Shown here in pieces: positions 54,699 to 63,998 of a DNA stretch of 64,000 nucleotides; positions within the stretch are counted from its first letter, which is position 1, and the number at the start of each line of letters is the position of its first letter. The stretch covers positions 2,464,001 to 2,528,000 of the forward strand of contig OZ245777.1 in the NCBI GenBank assembly GCA_965227775.1, given 5' to 3'. Under the pieces are notes generated by a model. It ran no database searches. It was not told the origin of the DNA and saw only the letters and a program-made list of their open reading frames with translations. The DNA is from Phycisphaerales bacterium. Lineage in GTDB: Bacteria; Planctomycetota; Phycisphaerae; Phycisphaerales; UBA1924. The position numbers and the translations under genes are program-made.

Positions 54699-55760
54699 TC
54701 AGAGTCGCCAGAGGCTGCTGCCCCAGGTCAACCCGGCGCCAAAACCCAGGAACATCACCAGCTGCCCGGGCTTGATGCGACCGGCTGCCTTGAGCTCTGT
54801 GAAGCACAGAGCCACCGACGCGGCAACCGTGTTGCCGAAGCGATCGATGTTAATGTGCAGCTTCTCTTCGGGCAGCCCAAAGCGTTCGCGGGCCGCATCG
54901 AGGATGCGCTTGTTCGATTGGTGGCACACGTAGTGGTCGACGTCTTCCGGCCGTAGGCCAACCTTGTCGAGCGTTTCCTGGATCAGGTCGCTGAAGGTGC
55001 TCACGGCGAACTTAAAGACCGCCCGCCCGTTCATGTGCAGGCAGCTCATCTCGACGCCTTCTTCGGAGTCGAAGTCAGCAGGATAGTCCTCTTCCACGCG
55101 AGGAATGAACAGGTCCACCCATCGACTGCCGTCGGTGTGCATGGCTCTGGCAAGCACGCCGGTGTCGGGATCATCGCTGCCAGAAACGACGAACGCGCCG
55201 GCGGCATCGCCAAAGAGGATGCTCGTGCCGCGGCCGCGATTCGAGTATTCGATGTGCCGAGTAATTACGTCGGCCCCGACGACGCCGACCGTCTTGGCGT
55301 TGCCCGAGCGGATGAGCGCATCGACGGTGTTCAGCGCGAACACAAATCCCGAGCACGCCGCGTTGAGATCGAAGGCCGCGATGTTTCCAGCACCGATGCT
55401 CGCGGCGATCTGGCACGCCGCGGAGGGCGTGGGCATATCGGCAGTCAGCGTCGCGACCACGATCTGGTCAAGATCGGTCGCCCGCATGCCGGCATCATCC
55501 AGCGCTGCTTGGAGGGCGCGGGTGCCCAGGGACGATGTCGACTCGCCCAGTTCGCGTTTTGCGATCCGGCGCTGGGTGATGCCCGTACGCTGGCGGATCC
55601 AGTCATCGCTGGTATCCATCAGGCGTTCGAGATCGGAATTGGTCAGCACGGTCTTCGGGAGAGCCATGCCGGTGCCCAAGATGGTCGCGCCGACGCGGGC
55701 GCCACCCGCGGTGTGGACCGTGCCCTTGTCAACACGGTTTGTCGATCGATCATCGCTCAT
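54699..55760 (-). CDS. fabH: Beta-ketoacyl-ACP synthase III
   Basis: DTSDDWIRQRTGI, AACSGF, LFGDAAGA, HQSN, GNT, GFGAGLTWG. Confidence 0.96.
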   Translation of the reverse strand: MSDDRSTNRVDKGTVHTAGGARVGATILGTGMALPKTVLTNSDLERLMDTSDDWIRQRTGITQRRIAKRELGESTSSLGTRALQAALDDAGMRATDLDQIVVATLTADMPTPSAACQIAASIGAGNIAAFDLNAACSGFVFALNTVDALIRSGNAKTVGVVGADVITRHIEYSNRGRGTSILFGDAAGAFVVSGSDDPDTGVLARAMHTDGSRWVDLFIPRVEEDYPADFDSEEGVEMSCLHMNGRAVFKFAVSTFSDLIQETLDKVGLRPEDVDHYVCHQSNKRILDAARERFGLPEEKLHINIDRFGNTVAASVALCFTELKAAGRIKPGQLVMFLGFGAGLTWGSSLWRL

Positions 55761-56824
55761 GCTTTGACAGACTCTCTTAGCACGTCGGCGTCGATGGCGG
55801 ATTCGACCTCGGCCACGCGACTCTGCAGCACATCATTCAAGCCGAGTCGGAGGTACTCGAAGCCATTGCGAATACTGGCAGAAATCGTCTTGGCCTTGCT
55901 CGAACCGTGCGCGATGATGTACGTGCCATTCACGCCCAGCAGCGGAGCGCCGCCGAGTTCTTCGTAGTCGCTCTTGCTGTACAAAGCCTTGATCGCAGGC
56001 TCGAGTCGAAGTGCCAGTTCTGGGTCTTCGGCGAAGATCGCCTGGGCGATCGCACCAAAAAGGCTCCGGGCCAGGCCCTCGGCCATCTTAAGCACGGCGT
56101 TGCCGACGAAGCCATCGGTCACAACGACGTCCGCAGCGCCATCGAAGAATTCGCGACCCTCGATGAAACCTGTGAAGTTGATGTCGGGCGTCGCGGCGAT
56201 CAGGTCGCGGCTTCGCTGGATGAGGTCGGTGCCCTTGCCCTCTTCGGCGCCGATGTTCATGACGGCGACTCGGGGCTTCTCGATGTGAAGTACCGTGCGG
56301 GCGTATGCCTCGGCCATGACCCCGTATTGCCACAGGTGCGTCGGCTGGGGCTCGGGGTTTGCGCCTGCGTCGCACATCACGACTGGGCCGTTGAAGCCCG
56401 GGATGGTAACAGCGATGCCCGGACGGTGCACACCCGGGAGTCGCTTGAGGTGCATGATGGCCGCCGACACGCACGCGCCGGTGTTGCCCGCGCTCAGGAT
56501 GGCGTCGACAAACTCGGGCGTGCCGGCCGATCTGGGCGAGCCCATGCGGGCCGAACGCACGATCGACGAATCGGCCTTCGATCGCACGGCCTTTGCCGGG
56601 CTCTCACCCATTGCGATGACTTCTGTCGTCGGCACGAGATCGAACGTCGAAGGATCAACGCCCTGTTCGCGAGCCACATCGAGGACCGCGCCCTCGTCGC
56701 CCACCAGGACGAGTCGGCCGCCCTCGGGGATGGCCCCGCTGGCAGGATCGAGCGCGCGAAAGCAGCCCGCCAGGATGGCGTCGGGCGCATGATCCCCACC
56801 CATGACGTCGACTGCGAGGCGCAT
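55757..56824 (-). CDS. plsX: Phosphate acyltransferase
   Basis: AVDVMGGDHAP, SAGNTGA, DAGAN, NIGAEEGKG, DGFVGN, GGAPLLG, HGSS. Confidence 0.96.
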   Translation of the reverse strand: MRLAVDVMGGDHAPDAILAGCFRALDPASGAIPEGGRLVLVGDEGAVLDVAREQGVDPSTFDLVPTTEVIAMGESPAKAVRSKADSSIVRSARMGSPRSAGTPEFVDAILSAGNTGACVSAAIMHLKRLPGVHRPGIAVTIPGFNGPVVMCDAGANPEPQPTHLWQYGVMAEAYARTVLHIEKPRVAVMNIGAEEGKGTDLIQRSRDLIAATPDINFTGFIEGREFFDGAADVVVTDGFVGNAVLKMAEGLARSLFGAIAQAIFAEDPELALRLEPAIKALYSKSDYEELGGAPLLGVNGTYIIAHGSSKAKTISASIRNGFEYLRLGLNDVLQSRVAEVESAIDADVLRESVKA

Positions 56825-56890
56825 CACGCAGCACCTCGGTCAAGAGGCGAGCACCGAGCGGATTCGTTGCTGCTGGGAATGAGCGAGCGC

Positions 56891-57091
56891 TCAGTCACGC
56901 TCGACGCCGATCCCGAGCTTGGGAACGACGATCGTCAGGCCGGGGCGGTAGTACCCCGACTGGCGGCAGGCGCGGTGGTGGTTCTTGGGCATGCTTGTAA
57001 CCGGGCACAGGGTGACCGTCAGGCCCTTCAGCGAGTCGTGGGCCCGGCGGCGACGCGTCCGACCGTGCGACTGGCGATGCGTAGGAAGCAT
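56891..57091 (-). CDS. rpmF: 50S ribosomal protein L32
   Basis: SHGRTRRRRAH...CP....KNHHRAC...GYY; canonical position upstream of plsX. Confidence 0.92.
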   Translation of the reverse strand: MLPTHRQSHGRTRRRRAHDSLKGLTVTLCPVTSMPKNHHRACRQSGYYRPGLTIVVPKLGIGVERD

Positions 57092-57211
57092 GTCAATTCA
57101 CCCTTTCGAAGGGACGTCCCGGCATCGGCCGGAACCCCGAGATCATGTGCCATTCGTACCGGACACCGAGCATACAGCCCGCCATGTCGTCTCAAGCGAA
57201 TCCAGACCCTC

Positions 57212-57240
57212 ACGATAAGCGCCAAGCCGGGTCCCGTCAA
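57212..57240 (-). promoter_or_regulatory. Sigma70-like promoter of the rpmF-plsX-fab operon
   Basis: TTGACG-N17-TATCGT. Confidence 0.7.
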
Positions 57241-57281
57241 CGCGGCCGCCATTTGGAGAGCCGCAAGCATAGGCTCTCCAC

Positions 57282-59216
57282 GTGCCTGACGGAACCTGTA
57301 CAACCACCGCACCGGAGCTTCCAGCCGCTGCGCTCGAGGCCCTCCAGCGCATCTGGGGCTTCGATGCCCTCCGACCGATGCAGGCGGCGGCCATCCGGGC
57401 CTCCCTAGACGAACGGGATGCCCTCGTCGTCCTACCAACCGGAGGGGGCAAGAGCCTGTGCTACCAACTCCCGCCCCTAGTGAGTGGGCAGGCGACCGTC
57501 GTCGTCAGTCCCCTGATCGCACTGATGCGAGATCAGGTCCGGGGGCTTGAACTGAATGGCTACCGGGCCGCGGCCCTGCACTCGGCCGTGGAGTTCGAGG
57601 ATGCACAGCGGATCGAACAGCAGGTTGTTGCCGGCGAGATTGACCTGCTGCTGGCCGCCCCCGAACGCATGGTCACCTCCGGCTTTCGCGGGTTCTTGGC
57701 CCGTCTCGCGGATGGCAACCGATTGGGAGCCATCGCAGTCGACGAGGCCCACTGCATCAGCCAGTGGGGACACGATTTCCGCCCCGAGTACCGCCGATTG
57801 GCCGAACTGCGAGAGGTCGTGCCGGGCGTGCCGATGCAGGCTTACACCGCGACCGCGACGCCGCGAGTTCGCGAGGACATCATCGCCCAACTCGGACTCC
57901 GCGACCCGGAAGTGCTCGTCGGCGTGTTTGATCGCCCGAATTTGACCTACCGCGTCCGTGCGCGGCAGCCCGGCGCTCGGGCGATCGAGCAAGCGGCCGA
58001 GGCCATCAGGAAGCACAAGTCAGCTGGCGAGGGCGGGGCGATCGTCTATTGCATCAGCCGCAAAGAGACCGAGGACTTCGCCGACGGCCTGCGAGGCATG
58101 GGCCTGGATGCCCAGGCCTACCACGCGGGCCTGAAGCCCAAGCAGCGCGACAACATTGAGAGCGCCTTCACAAACGAAGAGCTCGACGTCGTCTGCGCCA
58201 CGGTCGCATTCGGCATGGGCATCGATCGGAGCAACGTCCGGCTCGTCGTACACGCCGCGTGCCCGAAGAGCGTCGAGGCCTACCAGCAAGAGGCTGGGCG
58301 GGCTGGACGCGACGGGGAGCCGGCCGAGTGTCTGTTGCTCTATGGGCCGGGCGACGCGGGCCGCTGGACGAGGCTCATCATGGGCGAGCAGCGATTCGGC
58401 CAGCCGCTCAGCGAGTCGACGCGCGCCCAGCTCGAGCTCATCCGAGAGGCCCAGCGATTCGTCGCGCTCATGGAGTGCCGCCACAAGGCGCTCAGCGAGC
58501 ACTTTGGTCAGCAGTACGAGCCACCGCCAGGCCGGCACAACTGCGGCGCGTGCGACGTTTGCCTTGGCGAGACGGAGATCGAGCCAGACTCCGCCCGCGT
58601 ATCGCAGATCATCATGAGCGCTGTCGCGAGACTCGAACAACGGTGGGGGGCCAGCCACCTGGTCGACGTCCTCCGGGGAGCGAGCACCGAGAAGATCAAG
58701 GCCAACGCCCACGAAGAACTCAGCGTCCATGGCATGCTGAAGGACCACGCCAAGGGTGAGGTCCAGATGTTCATTGAGCAGCTGATTGCGGCCGGTGCAC
58801 TCCAACGCCACGCCTCGCCCACCGAAACCGGCAGCATGATCGAGACGATCCGATTCGGTGAGCATGGGAACGCGGTCATGAAGGCCGACATGCCGGTGAC
58901 GCTCGCCAAGCCGATGGGCTCGGGTTCGCTCCGCAAGGAACGCGGCCGCCGTTCGAGCAAGGCGGCCGCTGAGGTCGTCATCCTCGACGCCGACGAGAAG
59001 GCGTTGTTTGAGCGACTCCGAGCCGTGCGCATGGAGATCGCCCGCGAAGACTCCATTCCGCCCTATATGGTCTTCAATGACGCCACGCTCCGCGAGATGG
59101 CACGCCAGAAACCCCAGAGTGAGCGCGAGATGCTCTCGATCAAGGGCGTGGGCCAAGCCAAGCTCGACACGTTCGGCCGAGCGTTCTTGGAAGCAATCGA
59201 ACAGGCCAATAGCTGA
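57282..59216 (+). CDS. recQ: ATP-dependent DNA helicase RecQ (helicase, RQC and HRDC domains)
   Basis: LPTGGGKSLCYQLP, DEAHCISQWGHDFRPEY, QEAGRAGRDG, CRH...CGACDVC, PPYMVFNDATL. Confidence 0.97.
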   Translation: MPDGTCTTTAPELPAAALEALQRIWGFDALRPMQAAAIRASLDERDALVVLPTGGGKSLCYQLPPLVSGQATVVVSPLIALMRDQVRGLELNGYRAAALHSAVEFEDAQRIEQQVVAGEIDLLLAAPERMVTSGFRGFLARLADGNRLGAIAVDEAHCISQWGHDFRPEYRRLAELREVVPGVPMQAYTATATPRVREDIIAQLGLRDPEVLVGVFDRPNLTYRVRARQPGARAIEQAAEAIRKHKSAGEGGAIVYCISRKETEDFADGLRGMGLDAQAYHAGLKPKQRDNIESAFTNEELDVVCATVAFGMGIDRSNVRLVVHAACPKSVEAYQQEAGRAGRDGEPAECLLLYGPGDAGRWTRLIMGEQRFGQPLSESTRAQLELIREAQRFVALMECRHKALSEHFGQQYEPPPGRHNCGACDVCLGETEIEPDSARVSQIIMSAVARLEQRWGASHLVDVLRGASTEKIKANAHEELSVHGMLKDHAKGEVQMFIEQLIAAGALQRHASPTETGSMIETIRFGEHGNAVMKADMPVTLAKPMGSGSLRKERGRRSSKAAAEVVILDADEKALFERLRAVRMEIAREDSIPPYMVFNDATLREMARQKPQSEREMLSIKGVGQAKLDTFGRAFLEAIEQANS

Positions 59217-59259
59217 GCCTGCGTCTACGCTGTAGTCCACGAACTTCGGAGGCCAACCC

Positions 59260-60039
59260 ATGCCCGACGCAGATCAATCCGCCGTTACCAGCAAGCAGGT
59301 CCCGACCGCCGCCGAGGCATTCAAGGACCTCAAAGACAAGGGCGTTCTCTACGATGGATGTACGATCCACGTCGGCGGCTTCGGGCTTTGCGGCATTCCT
59401 GAGCAGCTCATTATCGCTTTGCGCGATACCGGCGTGAAGGATCTGACCTGCGTCAGCAACAACGCGGGCGTCGACGACTGGGGCCTGGGCCTGCTGCTGC
59501 AAACGCGTCAGATCAAGAAGATGGTCTCCAGCTACGTGGGTGAGAACGACACGTTTGCGAAGCAGTTCCTTTCCGGTGAACTCGAGGTCGAGTTCAATCC
59601 ACAGGGCACCCTGGCCGAGCGCATCCGCGCGGGCGGAGCCGGCATCCCTGCGTTCTTCACCGCGACCGGCGCCGGTACCCAGATCGCCGAGGGCAAGGAG
59701 ACGCGGACGCTTATGCCTACGCCCGCCCAGGCCCGCATCAACCGCAACGTGTTCCAAGAGCGGGAGTTCGTGCTCGAGACGGGCATCTACGCGGATCTGG
59801 CGCTCGTGAAGGCGGAGACGGCCGACCCCTTCGGCAACTTGATCTACAACAAGACCGCCCGCAACTTCAATCCCATGATGGCAACCGCCGCTGCGTACAC
59901 CATCGCCGAGGTGGACAACGTCGTCGGCCTGGGCGAGCTCGATGCCGACCAGATCCATACGCCGGGTAGCTTCGTCGATCGATTCATCGTGAGCAAGAGC
60001 GAGAAGCGCATCGAGCAGCGCACCACGCGCGACGGCTAA
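59260..60039 (+). CDS. scoA: 3-oxoacid CoA-transferase subunit A
   Basis: VGGFGLCGIPE, SNNAG, SSYVGEN, PQGTLAERIRAGG, GNL...TARNFNP. Confidence 0.93.
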   Translation: MPDADQSAVTSKQVPTAAEAFKDLKDKGVLYDGCTIHVGGFGLCGIPEQLIIALRDTGVKDLTCVSNNAGVDDWGLGLLLQTRQIKKMVSSYVGENDTFAKQFLSGELEVEFNPQGTLAERIRAGGAGIPAFFTATGAGTQIAEGKETRTLMPTPAQARINRNVFQEREFVLETGIYADLALVKAETADPFGNLIYNKTARNFNPMMATAAAYTIAEVDNVVGLGELDADQIHTPGSFVDRFIVSKSEKRIEQRTTRDG

Positions 60040-60051
60040 GGCCCGATTCCC

Positions 60052-60792
60052 ATGACCATCCTGATCTGGATCTTGGGCATCGCCGGCGTCCTGCTCGTGC
60101 TGGTCTATGCGGTTCTTGTCTCGATGATCATCAAGGTTTCGCGTATCGTCCCTGCCGAGGCATTGTCCTTGCTCGACGAGGACGGGACAGACGAGCTCAT
60201 CAAGAAGCTCGCGCCGATCTCGGAGTATGCCGAAGCGAAGGGGCTCCCGTTTGCGTGTGCGATCGTTGCCAAAGCGCCTGGGTCAGAGATCCGGGAAGCT
60301 ACCTGGGAACTCTCACCCGACCACAGCTATCTCTCCGCCACCGATCGGCCCGATGGCACGGCGCGTGTGAACTTCTCGACGGCCCTCAAGGCCCGCTCGA
60401 CGGGCGAGCGGGCCTTCGTGATCACGTCCAACAACGGTGATCTTGCACGAGGCCATCCACATCTAAGCTTCTCCAGCGAGGTCTTTCGGACGGACTCGCT
60501 GGCCGAACTCGAGCGGAGGCACGAGCACGCCGTCGGGTACATGCAGCGCGAAGGGTACTGTGAGCCTCTGGCCATCAGAGTTCCGCTCATCGACATCGCC
60601 ATCGAGCTCGCCGAGCAGCAACTCAGCGAAATCAAGGGCAAGCCGCTGCAGATCCTGCTCTATCCGGCACGGTACATTCTGGCTGCCATGACGAAGTTCG
60701 GGCGATCCATCGAGCAGCGGTACCCGATTCGCAGCAAGCACATGAAAAGGCTGCGTGGCGAGATGATGCACTCGCCACGCAGCTTCGGCTGA
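60052..60792 (+). CDS. Hypothetical membrane-anchored protein
   Basis: N-terminal TM helix; starts 12 nt after the scoA stop. Confidence 0.7.
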   Translation: MTILIWILGIAGVLLVLVYAVLVSMIIKVSRIVPAEALSLLDEDGTDELIKKLAPISEYAEAKGLPFACAIVAKAPGSEIREATWELSPDHSYLSATDRPDGTARVNFSTALKARSTGERAFVITSNNGDLARGHPHLSFSSEVFRTDSLAELERRHEHAVGYMQREGYCEPLAIRVPLIDIAIELAEQQLSEIKGKPLQILLYPARYILAAMTKFGRSIEQRYPIRSKHMKRLRGEMMHSPRSFG

Positions 60793-60819
60793 TCTGCTCG
60801 TTATCGAGATGCTTGCGCT

Positions 60820-61401
60820 TTACTGGCCAGCGTCGGCCGCGGGCTGTTCAGTGGGGGCGGCCTTCTCGCTCTTCTTGCTGCCGGGCTCGATGAGGTTGCC
60901 CTCGTTGTCGAACTCCATCTCTTCGCGCTCATCCTCGTCGATCGTGCGATCGGGCTCGACGAACACGCGGATGTGGCTTTCCAGGTCGGCGGCGAACTTC
61001 AGCAGCACCTCGTAGTTGTCGACGCGCTTCATCGCGTAGGGCAGGCGCACCTCGCGGGGCTTCACGTCGAAGCCAAGCGACCCCAGGGCATTGGAGATGT
61101 CTTGCTGCGTGACGGCACCGTAGAGCACGCCCTGATCGTTGCAGGCCCGGATCATGGTGATCTCCTGGCCATCGAGCTTGCCGGCCATCTCCTCACGCTT
61201 GGAGCGGAGTGCGGCGACTTCCTTCTCCGCCTGGGCGCGCCTGTCGGCCAGCTGCTTGATCAGCTCGTCATCGGGTTCGGTCGCCAGGCCGCGCGGTAGC
61301 AGGAAATTCCGGGCATAGCCAGCCCGGACCTTCACGACATCGCCGACGATGCCGAGGTTGTCCACGTTCTCAACAAGCAGGAGATTCAGATCACGAGCCA
61401 T
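60820..61401 (-). CDS. rplI: 50S ribosomal protein L9 with an acidic C-terminal extension
   Basis: LLLVENVDNLGIVGDVVKVRAGYARNFLLPRGLA, LYGAVT. Confidence 0.96.
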   Translation of the reverse strand: MARDLNLLLVENVDNLGIVGDVVKVRAGYARNFLLPRGLATEPDDELIKQLADRRAQAEKEVAALRSKREEMAGKLDGQEITMIRACNDQGVLYGAVTQQDISNALGSLGFDVKPREVRLPYAMKRVDNYEVLLKFAADLESHIRVFVEPDRTIDEDEREEMEFDNEGNLIEPGSKKSEKAAPTEQPAADAGQ

Positions 61402-61523
61402 GGTCGCTGTCCTTTCCGCCCGCATGGGGCCGGAGAGTTAAGGAGCCCAACGGTTGGAGATAGGCCCCAGCGTCTTGTGTCCAGCGGTCGATCCGCCGGG
61501 CTGAGAGTTTAGGCAGGATTGCT

Positions 61524-61988
61524 TCAGAACGGGATGTCGTCGTCCGGCGGCACGGGGTCACTGTCGTAGCTGCCGCCCCCGTAGTTGCCCCCACCGCCCT
61601 GGTTGCCGCCGCCACCGCCGCCGGAGTACCCACCTCCGCCGCCACCACCCCCCTGGCCGCTGTCGATGAACTGGAAGCTCTCGACGACGACCTTGAGCTT
61701 GCTGCGGTTGTTGCCCTGTTGGTCCTGCCATTGGTCGAGCTTCAGGCGTCCCTCGATGAACACAGGCCGGCCCTTGCGGAGGTACTGGGCCATCACTTCG
61801 GCCGTGCGACCGAACGCGTCGCAGTCGACGAAGGTCACTTCCTCGCGCTGCTCGCCGTCCTGTGTGCGGAACTTCCGATTCACCGCGAGCCCGACCTGAG
61901 CGACGGCGGTGTTCTTGGGCGTATGACGCAGTTCGATGTCACGGGTCAGGTTGCCCATGAGCAACACGCGGTTGTAGCTGCCGGCCAT
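61524..61988 (-). CDS. ssb: Single-stranded DNA-binding protein
   Basis: NRVLLMGNLTRD, KGRPVFIEGRL, Gly-rich linker, DDDIPF. Confidence 0.97.
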   Translation of the reverse strand: MAGSYNRVLLMGNLTRDIELRHTPKNTAVAQVGLAVNRKFRTQDGEQREEVTFVDCDAFGRTAEVMAQYLRKGRPVFIEGRLKLDQWQDQQGNNRSKLKVVVESFQFIDSGQGGGGGGGGYSGGGGGGNQGGGGNYGGGSYDSDPVPPDDDIPF

Positions 61989-62033
61989 GGCGGTCCTCCC
62001 AGAGGGTGCGTGCGAAGCGAGAGGCTAGACAGG

Positions 62034-62579
62034 TCAGGCGTTGGCGGGCTCGGTCGACGAGTCGGTGTCGGCGTTCTGCTCGCCTTCGCCATTCCCTTCG
62101 CCTTCGGTCTCACCCTCGTCCTTCGAGCCCGTGTGGTCGAGCGGCGTGTCCTCGATCGGGCGGCCCATCCGCACGCCGGAGTCCTGCTCTTCTTCGGCCT
62201 CGCTGGCCTTCTCGGCACGGAGCTTCGCCTCGCCCATGAGGGCCTCACGAGCGTCCGCGGCCTTCATCTCCTCGAGCGTGAGGTGGTCGGCCCGGGTGAC
62301 GAGCACGCGCATGATGGTCTCGCTCATCTGCGTGTCGCGGTCGAGCTGGGCGATGTTCTGGGCGGGCGCCTCAAAGTAGGCCAGGATGTACAGGCCTCGC
62401 TTCTGCTTCTCAATCTCGAAGGCGAGGCGCCGCTCATCCCATTTGGCCATCGCAACGAGCGTGGCGCCGCAGCGCTCCAGCAGCTCATCGATGTGGGTAA
62501 TGACCGAGCCGAGGTCGGCAGCGGTGGACTGGCCGATCAGGAACATGGCCTCGTAGTGGTACGTGCGCTCTGGGGGCAT
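62034..62579 (-). CDS. rpsF: 30S ribosomal protein S6 with a long acidic tail
   Basis: YEAMFL, WDERRLAFEI...GLY, IMRVLV; position between pth and ssb. Confidence 0.93.
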   Translation of the reverse strand: MPPERTYHYEAMFLIGQSTAADLGSVITHIDELLERCGATLVAMAKWDERRLAFEIEKQKRGLYILAYFEAPAQNIAQLDRDTQMSETIMRVLVTRADHLTLEEMKAADAREALMGEAKLRAEKASEAEEEQDSGVRMGRPIEDTPLDHTGSKDEGETEGEGNGEGEQNADTDSSTEPANA

Positions 62580-62580
62580 G

Positions 62581-63315
62581 TCAGGAGTCCTTTGCCGGTC
62601 TGTCCGGCGATTGGTGACCGGCCGGGGCATAGCCGCCCGGGCCATGGGTTTGATCACTGGGGTCCTCGCGCGAGGCATCCCCGGGACGATTCGTGCTATT
62701 CGATGCTTCGGGAGCCTTGGGCTTTCCACCCTTGGCCTTCTTCTCTTCGGGCGTGTTGAAGCGGTTCATGGCTTCGACGATGCCGTCCTTCACCCAGCAC
62801 TCTGCAGCATCTGCTGCGCTCGCGAGCGCGGGCTTGAGGGCTTCGGCCTGTTCCTGAGTAAATCGCCCCAGCACATAGCCAACCTGGCTCGCACCCTGGG
62901 GCTTGCTATCCACACCAACACGAAGACGTGCGTATGCGTCGCCTCCGGCTGCTCGCGCGACGTCGGCCAAGCCGTTGTGGCCGCCATCGCCGCCGCGAGC
63001 CCGCAAGCGAATGCCGCCCAGCGGCAGGTTGACGTCATCGACGATGATGAGCAGGTCGCTCACAGGCTCGAGCTTGTAGAACCGCAGCGCCTCACCCACG
63101 GTAAGGCCGCTTTTGTTCATGAACGTCGTTGGCTTGGCAAGCATGACCTTCTCGTTGCCGATCATGCACTCCAGGGTGGCCGCATGGAAACGACCGCGCG
63201 CCACGCCCCCGCCGGCGTGCCGCCGTGCGAGCTCGTCGAGCACCATGAACCCGGCATTGTGCCGCGTGTTCTCGTACTCGCTTCCCGGATTGCCAAGACC
63301 GACGATCAGCTTCAT
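62581..63315 (-). CDS. pth: Peptidyl-tRNA hydrolase with a C-terminal extension
   Basis: MKLIVGLGNPG..Y..TRHNAGF, KPTTFMNKSG, GGHNGL, RLRVGV, AMNRFN. Confidence 0.96.
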   Translation of the reverse strand: MKLIVGLGNPGSEYENTRHNAGFMVLDELARRHAGGGVARGRFHAATLECMIGNEKVMLAKPTTFMNKSGLTVGEALRFYKLEPVSDLLIIVDDVNLPLGGIRLRARGGDGGHNGLADVARAAGGDAYARLRVGVDSKPQGASQVGYVLGRFTQEQAEALKPALASAADAAECWVKDGIVEAMNRFNTPEEKKAKGGKPKAPEASNSTNRPGDASREDPSDQTHGPGGYAPAGHQSPDRPAKDS

Positions 63316-63341
63316 GCAAACCCTTGGTTCGGGGCGGGGGC

Positions 63342-63998
63342 TTAGCCCTCGTCCTTGTCGCCCTCGTCCTTCTTCTCGGTAATGACCTCGGGAGACGCCG
63401 CGGCATCGACCTCGCTCTGCTCGCTGGTCTCTTCGACCTCGGCCTTGATGAAGATGCTCACGACCCGCGTCTCGGGCGGGGTCAGCAGCTTCATGGTCTC
63501 CTTGGGCAACGGGATCTGGGCCGCCGTGATCATCTCGTCGACGCCGAGGTCGCTGATGTCGACCTCGAGCACGTCGGGCAGGTTCGTCACTGCGCACTCG
63601 AGCTGCAGTTCTGTCACGGGGTGGGTCAGCACGGCGCCCGCGGCCTTCAAGCCCTTGGCATTGCCGATGAATTCCAGCGGTACGGTTACCTCGACACGCT
63701 CGGAAAGGTCCACGCGGCGGAAGTCGGCATGGATGATCTCGGTGCCAAGATGATCGAACTGCAGGTCCTGCAGCAGCACGAACTCGTTCTCAGCCCCTTC
63801 CAACTCGAGCACGAACACACGCTCGCCCTTCGAGAAGTGGATGTTGGCCTCGTGCGCGTCGAACTCGACCGACATCGGATCCTGGCCGTGGCCATAGACC
63901 ACCGCCGGGAGGCCGCCGCGATCGCGCAGCCGCTTGGAGTATCGCGAGCCGGATCGCTCACGCTTGCGGGCGGGTAGGGTTGGTGCGTCTTCATGCAT
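63342..63998 (-). CDS. rplY: 50S ribosomal protein L25 / Ctc
   Basis: RLR..G.LPAVVYG, QDLQFD, HADF, VPLEFIG, LPDVLEVDIS. Confidence 0.95.
   Translation of the reverse strand: MHEDAPTLPARKRERSGSRYSKRLRDRGGLPAVVYGHGQDPMSVEFDAHEANIHFSKGERVFVLELEGAENEFVLLQDLQFDHLGTEIIHADFRRVDLSERVEVTVPLEFIGNAKGLKAAGAVLTHPVTELQLECAVTNLPDVLEVDISDLGVDEMITAAQIPLPKETMKLLTPPETRVVSIFIKAEVEETSEQSEVDAAASPEVITEKKDEGDKDEG

Noticed and set aside
61402..61523. Missing rpsR (S18) between ssb and rplI
   Set aside because: No S18-like ORF or remnant in the 122-bp gap; to my knowledge rpsR is commonly located elsewhere in Planctomycetota, so this is not novel.
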